64,000 bases of DNA from Octopus vulgaris (GCA_951406725.2 OX597823.1:91698001-91762000), one strand, 5' to 3'. Positions 39,780 to 53,856 are shown, numbered from the stretch's first letter. Notes: generated by a model not told the origin, from the letters alone. Numbers and translations: made by a program.

Positions 39780-41100
39780 TTGAGTTGTCTGGAAAGTTCA
39801 TGCCGATTTTTAAAGGAAAGAAAAAGGTCAATAAATACTTGCCATTACATTTTTAATCAACCAAATACGAACCATTTTGTTGCGCAATGCGTCTCCATCT
39901 TTCATTTAACTTGAAAATACCCTCTTCCCAGAATTGAGGTGGTTTCATGGCAAACAATTCATCAAAGTATCTTTTTACGTCTTCCAAGGAATTGAAATTG
40001 TTACCATTAAGACTATTCTGCAGAGGCCTGAATAAGTGGAAATCTAAAGGAGCAATATCTGGTGAATATGGAAGGTAGGGTTACACATCCCAGCCGAGCC
40101 GCAGCAATTTTTTTCTGGTTCCTAAAGAAACATGCGGTCTTGCATTATCATGTTGGAAAACAACACCCTTCCTGTTGGCCAATTCTGGACGTTTCTCTTG
40201 AATTGCTGCTTTTAACTTTTTCTGTTGTGTACAGTCTGGTTACTTGGGAGAAGCTCACTAGATATTGCTCCTTTAGATTTCCACTTATTCAGGCCTCTGC
40301 AGAATAGTCTTAATGGTACAGAATTCCTTTCCAATCCCACCAGACACAAAGCAAATCGTTTTTAGGGTGAAGACCCGCTTTTGGAATGGCTATGGGTAGC
40401 TCATGTCGCTAACTCTAGGATCGCTTTCTCTGAACATTTCGTTAGATAATCCATTTCTCATCACCTGTCACGATTTGCTTTAAAAAAGGTGTGTTTTCAT
40501 TCCGTTTATAAAGCGAATCACAAGATGGAAATGCGATCGAAAAGGTTCTTCTCATTCAACTCATGTGGTACCCAAACATCGTAGCGATTTGTGTACCCAA
40601 GCTTTACCACGTGCTCATGAACGACAGATTTTGATAGGTTAAGGCTTTCTGCCAATTCTCGGGTTGTGCAATGCGGGTTATTCTCAATTAATTACTTGAT
40701 TTAGTCATCCTCTGTAGTGGATGGCTGCTTGATCGCTCTTTATCGATAAGGCTACAATCTCCAGCTCGGAACCTTGCGAACCACTTCCGTACAGTTCGTT
40801 CGGATAAAGAAACATCACTGTAAACTGCGCATATTTCTTTGGTTGCTTGTGAGGCATTTTTCCCTTTACGGAAAAAGAAAAGCATCAAGTGCCGAAAATG
40901 AACTTTCTTATCTTCCATTTTAAAGGGTTACATAATTAACACAGCTTATAAGAACATAAACCTTCTTCCACGAAAAGACAGCTTAAACTGTGCTCTAAAT
41001 GGAGGTGTAGTCAAATCCTATTTTATTGACTCAACCATATTCCAAAATAAGTCGAAAGGTAAGCTACTATAAATCGGCACGAACTTTCCGGACAACCCAA
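39780..41100 (-). mobile_element. Full-length mariner transposon (1321 bp) with 30-bp TIRs and TA target duplication
   Basis: TTGAGTTGTCTGGAAAGTTCATGCCGATTT vs reverse complement of 41071-41100 (3 mismatches); TA on both sides. Confidence 0.95.
39853..40918 (-). pseudogene. Mariner DD34D transposase, frameshifted
   Basis: MEDKKVHFRHLMLFFFRKGKNASQATKEICAVY..., WVPHEL, IVTGDEKWI, HDNARPH, YSPDIAPLDFHLF; only a 76-aa N-terminal ORF remains open. Confidence 0.95.
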
Positions 41101-43308
41101 TACTTAATACCATTGCAGTTGTTGTTGCTGTTGGATTTGCTACTCACCAATGTTATTACAACTGTTCTTGCTGTTGTTGTTGTTGTCTTTCTTCCATGCT
41201 ATTCTCGATGCCGCCACATTCAGTTCTCACACAGACGATGTTGTTGGTGTGGTCGTACCCAACGTTATTGTCGCATTGGACTTGTTTTTGTTATTGGTGG
41301 TGGTGTTGAAAGAGGCGTTGGTTTTGGTGGGAGAACAGTTTTATTGAAACTGTTACTCTCCTTGTTGTTGTTGTTGCTGCTGCTTCTGCCGTTGTTCGTT
41401 ATTTTGTGGAAATTAACTGTTACAAACTTAAATAGATTTTATTAACTGAAATTGCTTTTGAAGATGCGAATTGATGCTGTGATCAATCTAATAGAATCAA
41501 TGATACAGATTCATTGCCAAGTTTATATTCTCGATTCAGAGAAGAAGAAAAAAAAAAAGAAAAGAAAAAAAGAACACCTTTTCTTTATGGTTCGGTTTGT
41601 TTATTTGGAGTGAGAAGCTGAAGTGTCTGTAACCTGAAATAGGCCTTCTCATACAAAAAAAAAAAAAATACAAAACTGCTGACACTACTACTGCTGCTAC
41701 TGCTGTTCTAAAATAGACTAATTGATATCGTAGCTTCAAAGAAACATGTCTGTTAGAAATAAGATAACCGATGCACCACTTGAAAAGCAGTTGGTCTCGG
41801 ATGTGTATATACGATAGCATGTGTATGATATCCGATTTAAGACGTAACAAATACCAAAATTAGCAAATTTTATGTTATAAATCATTGATGCAGTTATTTA
41901 GACGTTGGTCAGCTGTGATGGAGCAGAGCAGACCACTGGCCACAGGGGGTTTTAATTGTGGGAATCACGTCCTTTTAAGAGTTTACCTAGATCCATATTA
42001 GAAAACATGCAATATCATTTCTCGTGATGGTGTGCATGTAATATAAATAAATAATTAACCATATACATTGGTGGACTGCTGGTTCTTACAGTCACAAATT
42101 CACGCTAAGCTGAGTGGAAATTTTTTATTCTGTTTATTTAACCAGGAACTTAATCTATACATTTTTACAGCAGTTGGAGAAAGAATAGCATTTGAGAATT
42201 AACAAATAAAAGAACGTTTGGTCACTGCAGTAAGCTGAAATATAATACCACAAAAACTTATAATTAGTGAGGACAGATTAAGTTAAGCAAATAAAAATGA
42301 CATTTTATGAGATTTACCGACAGAGTCCCGGGTAGTGTTTACAGCCGTTATTTACATTTGAGGCTAGAATAACTGAGAAGACATTGAACAACGGAAAATT
42401 ACATAACTTCCTGTAGAATCTGATAGTTCTTTATTTTGTTAGATTTGTCCCACCTTTTTATTTACCATCGGCAAAACGTTCTCTAAACCATTTGGTTTAT
42501 AAAACATTCTATAAACCATTTGGCGAGAAAATTCCAGCTTTCTAATGATTTTGGTTCACTCACAGCCATGTGAGTCTTTTAGGGAAGCCATGGTTCAAAG
42601 TTAGGGAATATGAATGTGATGGTTCTAAACAGACTGTCATCTCGCTACAAGAGTAAGGTGTCGTTTGAGGTCTATAAGCCCATGCAACCACATAGATGTA
42701 TCCTATAGGTCGTGTGTGAGTCATGTGGGCAGCAAGAATTTGTTGCAGAGGTACAAAGTTTCATCCATTTAGAGAAGAAAACAGCCAATTGTAAGGAGCT
42801 GGGTACTAAACGTTTTCTTATTCATCGACTTTGAAAATATTAAAATGCAAACTAAGACTTCATCTAGATGTGACGTGAGAAGTTAAAGAAACCAGTCTAT
42901 GTACTGTAAAGTTCTTTTCTTCGACATTTACCGATTCTGCTATCCATCGTCCCCATTTTGCCTTACATCTTACATCGATTACTTTGTTACAGGTGTATAA
43001 TGATGGCATCCGGTTTTAAGAACAAGGCAAGCAGTTTGAAGGGAAAGGTAAGTCGATAACTTATACAGTGCTTCATCGACCCCAGAAGGATGAAAGGTAG
43101 ACTTAAGTGCAAACATTTAGATTCGAAAGCAATGTCGCAAGGCTTTTTGTCCAGCGTCTCAACGCTTCTTACATTTCGCAGATTTGTGTAGAATCATAAT
43201 GCATGAGGATTCATAACATTCGGCAGAAGGACAATTGTTTCTCAGTCAGAAAAAGATCCACACATACATACATAATTCTTATATATAAATATAAATGTAT
43301 ACATATCT

Positions 43309-43375
<67 letters not shown>

Positions 43376-43499
43376 GATTACTAGCACTGTTAATTTATAT
43401 GTTTAAAACTTCCCAAACCTTACCTCGTCTGGAAATCGTTTGTGTAGGTTATTTATACAAGTGTTTTATTAAGACCTTGCAAAGGGTTGTAAATTTCCT

Positions 43500-43835
43500 T
43501 TCATCATCATCATCATCATTGTTCGACCGTGGTCGAGACAATGGAATTTACCATGCTACGCCAGACTTCACGGTCTATCATAGCATTACGGAGGTCCTGT
43601 TGCTGGATGCCTGTATCCCTGGAGATTACATCAGGGTAGGAGAGTGTGCGCACTCTGGTGTTGCGAGTAGATGGCTTCCAGAGGAGAAGTGTAGAAATTG
43701 CCTCTTTTAAGCTCTACAACAATGTCCAGCAAACTGGACTCTCCTACCTTTCACAAGAGATGACACAGGTGGTAGTTTCCCATATATTTGCATTTTGGTT
43801 GGATGACGCTTCCACGAGAGATTTTGATATTTTCA
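43500..43835 (-). pseudogene. RTE-X/RTE-type LINE 3' end with (GAT)n tail
   Basis: QNLSWKRHPTKMQIYGKLPPVSSLVKGRRVQFAGHCCRA*KEAISTLLLWKP...DREVWRSMV, then a (TGA)n tail. Confidence 0.8.
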
Positions 43836-44911
43836 TGGTAGGAGGATAGGCCGATTTTTCTTCATAACATATGAGACATTCATGAGCGTAGAGCATCATC
43901 TATTCCCTGGAGACCTTACACTCATGGTACAAATTTATATGCTGCTTATATTCTTACGCAGCATCTTTTCCCAATTTTTGAAGAAATCTGCGCAAATCGT
44001 CCTTGTGCTCCGCCTGGTTAACATCTTTATAAATACAAAGAATATTCCCATTTTGAGGGAACGAGACTTAGTTATTTAGTTCTCGTTATTTTTGTTGTTA
44101 ATGTGAGCAACACTCTGTATCTTGCCAGTTGTGACTAGAAAAGAGGTTTTGGGGGGTCTTGTGATTCGCTCTTGATAACCAGAACTTGTCAGTTTTATTT
44201 CCACTCCAGAGTTGTACTTGATTTCGCCTTTGAAGCATCAACCGCCATTGATTTAATCGATCAAGCTTTCTATAAATAACGATCTGAAATGGTTTTTGCT
44301 GTTAAATGTGTAGCAGCTATGTCTTCTACTTTGGTTGTTGAATGTTATGGCCTTCCTCTTAGCACCCTCTATAAGAAACAATCCTCGTTTAATTTTTAGG
44401 CTTGCAAGGTCATGAGGATTTGAACGCCAATAGCAACCCCATCCGATCACATATCTCTTAATGTTGTGCCGGCGCTGATCAGCTGTCATATCGTACTACA
44501 ATTCTGACCTTCGAGCCAGAGACTGGAGCCATCTTCGATATACCCCAGCGTATCCTTTGCATTTCTTTGTTCCACATATCGTTCCCCAATGCAAATGACT
44601 CTGGTTATGTGATATCAAAGGAAACTAAAATGATATTCCACAACTCAAAGATGTCACAGATTTCATGTATCAGGGGTCCTACGTTGCTGTTAGCAAAAAA
44701 AACCAAAACAAAACAAAACAAAAGACGCATTATGTACTTCGTCGAACGGAATTGAACTCAGAACGTAAAGAAACATAGCGATGCGAGGCAAAATATTAAA
44801 GTACCATATTCACTGTTCTTCTGATCTTCATATTCACCAATTTTACAGTAACATAAATAATAATGATGATAATAGTAATAATAATTATAATAATAATTAT
44901 AATAATAAAAC

Positions 44912-44973
<62 letters not shown>

Positions 44974-44989
44974 GTAATAAATAATGGTT

Positions 44990-45200
44990 TTCAAATTTTG
45001 GCACAAAGTCAGTAATTTCGGTTGAGGAATAAGCCGATTACATCGACCCCAGTGATCAGCTGGTACTTACTCTATCGACACATGAAGGATGAAAGCATAG
45101 TCAACTTCAGCGGCATTGGAATACAGAAAGCAAGAACGGACGAAAGTTTGCTCGGCATCTTGTCCGGCGTGCAAACGATTCTGCTAACTCGCCGCCTTAA
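44990..45200 (-). mobile_element. SINE family B, diverged
   Basis: Ends CTGCTAACTCGCCGCCTT. Confidence 0.8.
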
Positions 45201-45549
45201 TAATAATGATTTCTTTATTAACCTCAAAGGTTTGCATAAAGAAAAACATTAAGGACAACGCAAAACAAAACAATGAATGTGTGTGTGTGTGCATATGTGT
45301 GAGTGTGTGTGTGTGTGCATATGTGTGAGTGTGTGTGTGTGTGCATATGTGTGAGTGTGTGTATGTGTGTGAGGGTTTTGCGTGTAAACAAGACTAACAA
45401 AATTTTAAAATATCAACAAAGTGTGATCCTCAATAGGGAGGAGACGTTCGAGGGCTGCTCATGTTAAAACCTCATAAAAAAAACCGTGGGTACCCAGACT
45501 TTTGGGGCAGGTGCCTTTTTTCTTTCCTTTTTTCCAACTACAACCGCAT

Positions 45550-45760
45550 TATTTCTTCACTGCCCACAAGGGGCTACACACAGAGGGGACAAACAAAGAC
45601 AGACAAACGGATTAAGTCGATTATATCGACCCCAGTGCATAACTGGTACTTATTTAATCGACCCCGAAGGGATGAAAGGTAAAGACGACCTCGGCGGAAT
45701 TTGAACTCAGAACGTTGCGGCAGACGAAATACCGCTAAGTATTTCGCTCCGCGTGCTAAC
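45550..45760 (-). mobile_element. SINE family B
   Basis: Near-consensus match. Confidence 0.9.
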
Positions 45761-45859
45761 ACCGTATGCCGAGGGCAGGCACGTTCACTCGCACAATTCT
45801 CGCCACATTCATCCACATTTCAGCAAACTGGTAAGAAGACAACATTTCCATCGCTACCC

Positions 45860-45935
<76 letters not shown>

Positions 45936-45974
45936 CATCATTAACTAATTAATTATTATCATCATCATTATTAT

Positions 45975-46500
45975 TTTATTGCCTTTGCACAGTTCTAACG
46001 CTGGAGATGTACTACAGTGTGAGCTGTTCATTACCAGTGAACTAAGGTAACACCCCTTATTTTTCGAGCACCTTCCGGAATATTCGAGCTGTTCCAAGCC
46101 GTGCTGTTTTCTGCAAGTGCTCCACCTTTATTGCAGCCCCTATTTCTTCCACGCATCTCTCCAGATTCTTGCTCACTGTTCCCAGGATTCCGAGAATTAT
46201 TGGTACTACTACCACTTTTTTATCAACCACAACTGCTATACCTCCCAAGCTAACCTGTAATATCTCTCAACTTTTCTTTCTTCCTTATCGCATACGTTGT
46301 TGTCAGCTGGGCATGCTATATCTATGATCCAGCATAGTTTGCTTTCTTTCTCAATAAAGACTATGTTTGGCTTCCTATTCTCTCTCCCTCATGGTCGCAC
46401 TGAATCAAAATATCCCACAATCTTTGCATTTCTATTTTCGACGATACTTTCGGGTTTATAGTCGTACCAATTGTTTACTCTGTCAAGTCCATACTTGTTG
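45975..46500 (-). pseudogene. Dong/R4-type LINE 3' end (RLE domain + 3' UTR) inserted in (TAA)n
   Basis: ..PNIVFIEKESKLCWIIDIACPADNNV.. and KVVVVPIILGILGTVSKNLERCVEEIG...LQKTARLGTARIFRKVLEK*; (TTA)n on both sides. Confidence 0.88.
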
Positions 46501-46504
46501 TAAA

Positions 46505-46545
<41 letters not shown>

Positions 46546-46626
46546 CATTACTATTATTATTATTATTACTGTTATTATTATTATTATTATTATCACCATC
46601 ATCATCATCATTATTATTATCTTTTG

Positions 46627-46706
<80 letters not shown>

Positions 46707-47330
46707 TAATAATAATATACAAATAGGAAATAAGTATGAATATTCTAATGTCAGTTTTATATTTGCAGTAAAGGTAAATGGAGTTTTGATAATATATCTA
46801 TGAATATGAATTCTGAATTTAACATAAAATAGAGATTGTTGAAGAAGAAATAAAATCAATGACAGCAGTCCGAAAATAAAATAAGGATAAAATATATATA
46901 TATATATATATAATAAAATATGATTGAAATGAAAGGTGTAAATATTTAAGATATCATCCAACGAAATATGGAGATGAGAAAAGAAACAAAATTCACACAC
47001 ACACACACACTTATACATATATATAAGTATATACACATATACATATACATATATATATATATATATATATAAGTATCTATAAAGTTTATATTATTTGCTT
47101 CTACTAATGTGATATATATATATACAGATGGATAGTTAGATAGATAGATAGATAGATAGATAGAGAGATAGAGAGATAGAGAGATATGTATGCATGTATA
47201 CATACATCTATATATAAATACATTATATATATTTGATAGATATATATATATTATACATATATATTATATATACATATATCTAGGCATATATATGTATATA
47301 TATATATGAATATATAAGTGTATGTACATA

Positions 47331-47378
<48 letters not shown>

Positions 47379-48097
47379 CACACACACGCATATATATGTG
47401 TGCGTGCGTGTGTATGCATATATATACACATACACATGCACAGGTACATTGACACACAGACACATACACAAATAATGAAACTAGCTAGTCAAGAGAAGCT
47501 CTGTAAGAGCTAAAAGCAGCGTTCATACTGGCAAGTAATATTTAACGCTACCTGAACACAGGTGTTCCCGTGGAATAACAATATCTTTGGCTCCTACGCA
47601 AAACCTGCGTTTAAGTTGAGTTAAATATTACTTGGGAAGGGAATACTCGGACATTCCTATACTCCCTTCCTGCAGGTGACACTCTCATGGTATCCAAAAA
47701 TATCAGAAACGTAAGAGTAATTGCAGACAACAACTCAAGCTGGGCTCCTCATATAAACATCGAAGTCGACATGGCCTGCAAAATCTAATCATGGATTCTC
47801 AGAACTTGCCAGTCGAGCGATATTCACACCATTATTATTCTTCTTTTCTCCACCTTTGCCCGACCTCACCTTGAATACTGTTGCCCTCTCTTTTCCATTA
47901 TTTCTCTCGTTGTCTGCATACGCAAGATCGTCTTCATATTTCATGTTGTTTTTGTATTACATGTTGTTTATGCTTTGTGACGTCATGTACCCATATATGC
48001 ATATATATATACATATATATGCATTTATGTATGTGTATATATGTATGTATATATAGCATATATATATATATTTATTTATATCATATATATACATACA

Positions 48098-48131
<34 letters not shown>

Positions 48132-48133
48132 CA

Positions 48134-48213
<80 letters not shown>

Positions 48214-48269
48214 TATCTATATAAATGCATCTACTATATATTTATATAGGTATCTATGTAAGTAGATTA

Positions 48270-48590
48270 TGAGAATAGTTTATGGTGTAGGCAGAAGAGT
48301 GTGAGTTATTAAGATATTTACATGTTTAGCAGTTAGATAAAATTATTGGTTTGAGATGCTTTAGTGTTTTTAATATTTTGTGCTTGCATGGAGAGACTAG
48401 TTGAGACTTTTGGTTAATAATTACGTCGATGAATGTGAAAATGTGGTAGGATTCATTAGTACAAGATTGGCAGGTTTTGTCGTTATCTTTGTATTGTTGT
48501 GCACATAAGAGTATTTCCCAATTGATGTTATACAGAATATTTGTTTTTATTTTAATGCCCATATATGTCTGGAAGAAATTTTATATGTAC
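48270..48590 (-). pseudogene. Penelope-like element GIY-YIG endonuclease C-terminal fragment
   Basis: SRHIWALK*K / YNINWEILLCAQQYKDNDKTCQSCTNESYHIFTF..NQKSQLVSPCKH matches the PLE motif IWxLK..IxWxIL..CxLCxxEKxxI..LNxRSELxSxCRH. Confidence 0.75.
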
Positions 48591-48887
48591 AAATATATAT
48601 ACGAGTGCTGCTGAAACGTTTATCATAATCTTGGCTGCTACTTTACAGCTAAGTGATTTCTATAATGCGTATTAATAATTGTTATGAGCTACAGAGCAAC
48701 AGTGGAAGAAGTATGGATAAACACAAGTTTATATTATTGCTTATATTATATTTCCAACGGACGTTTCAGTATTATGCTTGTTTAGAGCCCTGCAATAGTT
48801 ATTCCATGTGCGCTAAAGCAATAAAGTGTTCTCTGATGATACTTTGTGGCTGAGCATCTAAATGCACTTGAAACATCTAAAGGATGG

Positions 48888-49270
<383 letters not shown>

Positions 49271-49314
49271 TTTCTCTGTTTCCTCATTTTTTAAAATATC
49301 CTCATTTTTTAAAA

Positions 49315-49470
49315 GTTTCTCTTTCTGTTTATTTTCCCTTATTCCTTTCAGTTGAAGAGCGTAGGCTCGAAACGTAAAAGACTTTCCCACTTTCCCAAGC
49401 GTCAAATTAATACACTTGCTTGTTGTTCATACACCTGTCTTCATCTTTTGTTTTTCTATAAATTTCACAT
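49315..49470 (+). mobile_element. Family H1 repeat with hammerhead-like motif (49345-49382)
   Basis: CTTT-CAGTTGA-A-GAGC-GTAG-GCTC-GAAAC-GTA-AAAG. Confidence 0.7.
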
Positions 49471-49594
49471 ATATTTGTATATATATATATCAAGACAAAT
49501 CAGCACCAAAACAGGAAACACCAACAAGAGTCAACTGGACGTGCGTAGTGAATATATTAGAATGACGTTCAGTGAAAGTTTTAGATGGAAGATA

Positions 49595-49632
49595 AGTGTA
49601 ATGTTTCGAGCATGGCTCTTTGTCGGAAAGGA
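49595..49632 (-). ncRNA. Degenerate minimal hammerhead-like motif
   Basis: TTT-CCGACAA-A-GAGC-CAT-GCTC-GAAAC-ATTA; two core substitutions. Confidence 0.45.
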
Positions 49633-49722
49633 AAGCATAAGGAAGGAACAGAGTTCGAGAAAAGCACCTCTGTCGTTACATAACTGAATAGAAGTTGGAG
49701 AGATATTAGAGAATGTGGTCTA

Positions 49723-49806
<84 letters not shown>

Positions 49807-49888
49807 GTATATATATATGTATATATATACATATATATATATATATATGAAAGAATGGAGTTGAACGACTAGTTAACAAATATCCTTT

Positions 49889-49973
49889 ATTCTCGACATA
49901 TGTTTCGAAGGCTGCATATTCCTAATTCTGAAGGAATAAGGAGTACATTATGCAGATTTCTCATCAGGAAAAT
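49889..49973 (-). ncRNA. Apparently intact type I hammerhead ribozyme (GUC cleavage triplet)
   Basis: ATTTTC-CTGATGA-GAAATCTGCATA...TATGCAGCCTTC-GAAAC-ATAT-GTC-GAGAAT: 6-bp helix I, long helix II, AC/GT helix III with palindromic ATAT loop, all core nucleotides present. Confidence 0.85.
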
Positions 49974-51619
49974 CAAGGAACTTATGTCGACATCAAAATG
50001 CACAAAAAACTTTTAGCTGACCGCTCTCAAGGAGCCCATGGGGATAATGAGTGTCTCTTTATAATGAGTGACGTCAGAGTGGCTGAATGTAGAAGAATCT
50101 AGATTCTTCTACATTCAGCCACTGTAGATAGGTGTGTGAACTGGACTATTCCTCTGATAGTTACCTCTGTTAGCCATGGAAACACAGTGCAGACACAGTA
50201 ACATGGCCTACAACACCAAAAACGTCAACAACGGCCATCAATTTACGATTTGCTTAGTTCTTCATTTCCACTTACTCATTTGTGCATTTCATTAGAAGAG
50301 CAGAAAATAAAATGAAATAAGATAAAAACAAAATTTAAAAAACAACAAAACAATAGGAGTAAAACGCCAGAAAGCTATAACAAAACCGAAATTCTGCAAC
50401 AAAAGCAACGAAAATAACAACAGTCGCAGTGAACTCTGTCTTTGAAAGTAATGAGCAGTATTATAGACCGTGACAATGGCAGTCGCAACAGAAACTGCAG
50501 AATATTCTTGACGTTCTTAACTTATAATGTTAGTAACTTCAGGCAGTAGAAAACAGCAGCAATAACAACATCAACAACATCAACAACAATATTGACAACT
50601 GTTGCTCTAATTTCAACGGCAGCAATGAATGCAAAACCATTATCGATAACCACATCAACAAACAGCAACTACAAGAGCGTCGCCGTTTCGTTCCGGCTCA
50701 GAGTGTTCTGAATTTAAATACCACCGAGGTCACGTTTAACCTTCATAATTTTCAGGTTCGATAAATAAATACTAGTTCAATAGTTACTTCGATTTAACTC
50801 CCCCTAGCCTTCTGGCTTTCTGTCTTTCCTTTCCTTCTTTCTGTCCTTCTCTGACTGGTTTTTCTGAAAGACATCGGGTGTGGTCAAGCGTGGAGAAGGA
50901 TAGCCAATACTAGATTTAGTTTCATAGAAAAGCTTCTATGAGACAGTGTTGCTGGAGTGACCAAAGCATGGTGATACCACTGACCACAACGATATTAATA
51001 AGATATTGACTACAAGAATGCTACGTGTCACTAATAAACGTTGGAGTCACTTTATACCGCAACGACATGCTAGAAATAGCAGTGAAGCCATGAGAATTAT
51101 ACAGTAGCATCTCATAAAGAGATCGTAAACAATGTTCAGAATATATATGGGGTTGTCTTTGCAACAACAACAACAACAACAAAACCACCCTCAGTCAAAT
51201 AACTACACCACCACCACCGGTGACAGCGCTATTACTTCCACCGCCAGAACCTACACTGAAACCACAACAACCACCATCAACACCACCACTACTACCTCCA
51301 CTACCATTCTCACTAAGACGACCACCAATCTAAACACCACCACAACCACCACCACCATCACCACCACCACCACCCTCACCACCACCACCACAACCTCAAC
51401 CACCACCACCACAACTACCATCGCCACCACGAACAACAACAACAACAAAAACGAAAACGGTAATGTCAAATGCAACATTAATGAGAATAAAAAACATATA
51501 CATCAAAGTCCAAGAACACAAGAACAGCAACCGAAGAAGTGAAACAAGGCATTGGTTTTGATCAACAATTTATGCATAAGTCTGTCAGTATTTACGAGTG
51601 CGTGCATATGTGTACGTGA

Positions 51620-51681
<62 letters not shown>

Positions 51682-51750
51682 ATGTGTATGTATATATATA
51701 TATACACACACACACATATATATATATACATATATATGTATATATATATA

Positions 51751-51788
<38 letters not shown>

Positions 51789-51894
51789 TGAATGTACATA
51801 TATTTATATACATATACACAAGTATGTATACATATATGTATATGTATATTTACACACATACATATATATATGCATATGTATATATACATGTATG

Positions 51895-51933
<39 letters not shown>

Positions 51934-51999
51934 ATATATATATATGAACATACATGCATGTATGTATATAGATATGTATATATATGTATATATGTATAT

Positions 52000-52045
<46 letters not shown>

Positions 52046-52329
52046 GCACACACACACACATCATGCTCACAATGTTTGTAAGTGAAGTTAGATGTTGCTC
52101 TCCCTCGTGGACCCTCTCGCCACTTTTCCATCTCAACAATTAACATATACAACATATATTTCATCTTTCTAAATGGTATTCCTCAGAGCTTCGACAGCAA
52201 AACAGTTTTAAGAACATTGGCATACATAAATTCTCTCACAGTCAAACACAGACATACATGCGCACTGGCACACACGCATACACACTCACACACCCATATA
52301 TCAGTATATTTATATACATATATGTACAT

Positions 52330-52620
52330 ATCATCATCATCATCGTTTAACGTCCGTTTTCCGTGCCAGCACAGGTTGGACGGTTCGACCGGGGTCTGGG
52401 AAGCCAGAAGGCTGCACCAGGCTCCAGTCTGATCTGTGAGTGTTTCTACAGCTGGATGCCCTTCCTAACGCCAACCACTCCGTTAGTGTAGTGGGTGCTT
52501 TTTACGTGCCACTGGCATAGGTGCCAGGGAGGCTGGCGTTGGCTATGATCGGTTGGTGCTTTTTACGTGCTACCGGCACGGAAGCCAGTCAAGGCGGCGC
52601 TGGCATCGGCCCGGCGCTGG
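52330..52620 (-). mobile_element. SINE family C with (GAT)n tail
   Basis: CATCATCGTTTAACGTCC...GGATGCCCTTCCTAACGCCAACC. Confidence 0.8.
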
Positions 52621-52634
52621 CATATCTATACATT

Positions 52635-53110
52635 GGAGACATAATAAACTCCGAAGCAACAGTAACCCTCACTAAATTTTTACCTACATGATGGAAAAAT
52701 ATAACTGAATAAAAATTGTGTCTTACCCTTGCAATTTGCAAAGCTAAAACACAATTGATATTCACTTATATTTTTCCACCATGCCCGTAGAAATTTAGTG
52801 ATTGCTACTGTGGCTTCGGAGTTTATTATGACTCCTATATTTGGCAAAGCTGGTGCTTCTTTGTACCCTAATTATATATATTTATATATATTTATATAAA
52901 AGAACATTGATACTCACGAAATATATTACTCTTAGTGGCCTTAAGCTAAAGCCGTTCAGGCAAAATTAATATAAATAATAAAGGCGCTTCTTTAAGCACC
53001 AGCTTTGCTAAATAAGAGTCAAAACACTCCGAAGTGTTAACTTTTGTTGCTTCGGTGTGTTTTGACTCCTATTTCTAGCATAGCTGGTACTTAAAAAGCG
53101 CCCTTATTAT
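52635..53110. mobile_element. Two adjacent fold-back MITEs sharing one terminal inverted repeat
   Basis: Hairpin 52635-52835 centred at 52735 and hairpin ~52975-53110; both carry G(G/A)GTCA..A.ACTCCGAAG arms. Confidence 0.7.
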
Positions 53111-53141
53111 ATATAATTCTTATATATATATATATATATAA

Positions 53142-53201
<60 letters not shown>

Positions 53202-53502
53202 TTATTTATTTATTTGCCTATATGGTTTTATACTTGCGGCCACACATTGGGGTCGATGTAATCGACTTAAAACCTTTGTCTGTCCTTTTTCGTCCCCTCT
53301 ATGTCTATCCCCTGTGGGCAATAAAGAAACAAATATTATTTCTTATGAATAATAATGTTCTTTTATATACATACACACACACACACACACATATATATAT
53401 ATGTATGTATGTTTATATATATATACATACACATACACGCACAAACGCACACACACATCCACACACACACGCGTACACACACACATATAGATGCATATAT
53501 AG

Positions 53503-53663
53503 ACGACGATCTTCCAGTTTCCTTTTACCAAATTCACTCACAAGGATTTGGTCCGCCCGAGGCTATAGTAGAAAACACCTGAGCAAAGTGGCACACAGTG
53601 GGGTTGAACCAGGAACCATGTGGTTGGAAAGCAAGCTTCTCGACACATAACCAGGCCTGCGCC
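53503..53663 (-). mobile_element. SINE family A, 5' half
   Basis: Ends CCTGCGCC; matches the family. Confidence 0.85.
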
Positions 53664-53856
53664 TACACACATATAGAGATTAGATCAGAATTCAAGTTAA
53701 CCAGGCACTTAAATGGTAAGGTACCGATTCGGGACGAAAATAAAATGTTTACACAACAAAGGCAGAGGAATACACATGCGGGTACCGTAGCACAGGTAGA
53801 AAGATATCCAGGTTATGTATACGATTTACTGTACTCAACTAAGCGACTAAGTATAT

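Noticed and set aside
50864-50885. miR-71-like TGAAAGACAT sequence
   Set aside because: Only the 5' ten nucleotides match and no precursor hairpin is evident.
51132-51542. Thr-rich mucin-like ORF (136 aa)
   Set aside because: Decayed (ACC/AAC)n repeat with no signal peptide or gene context.
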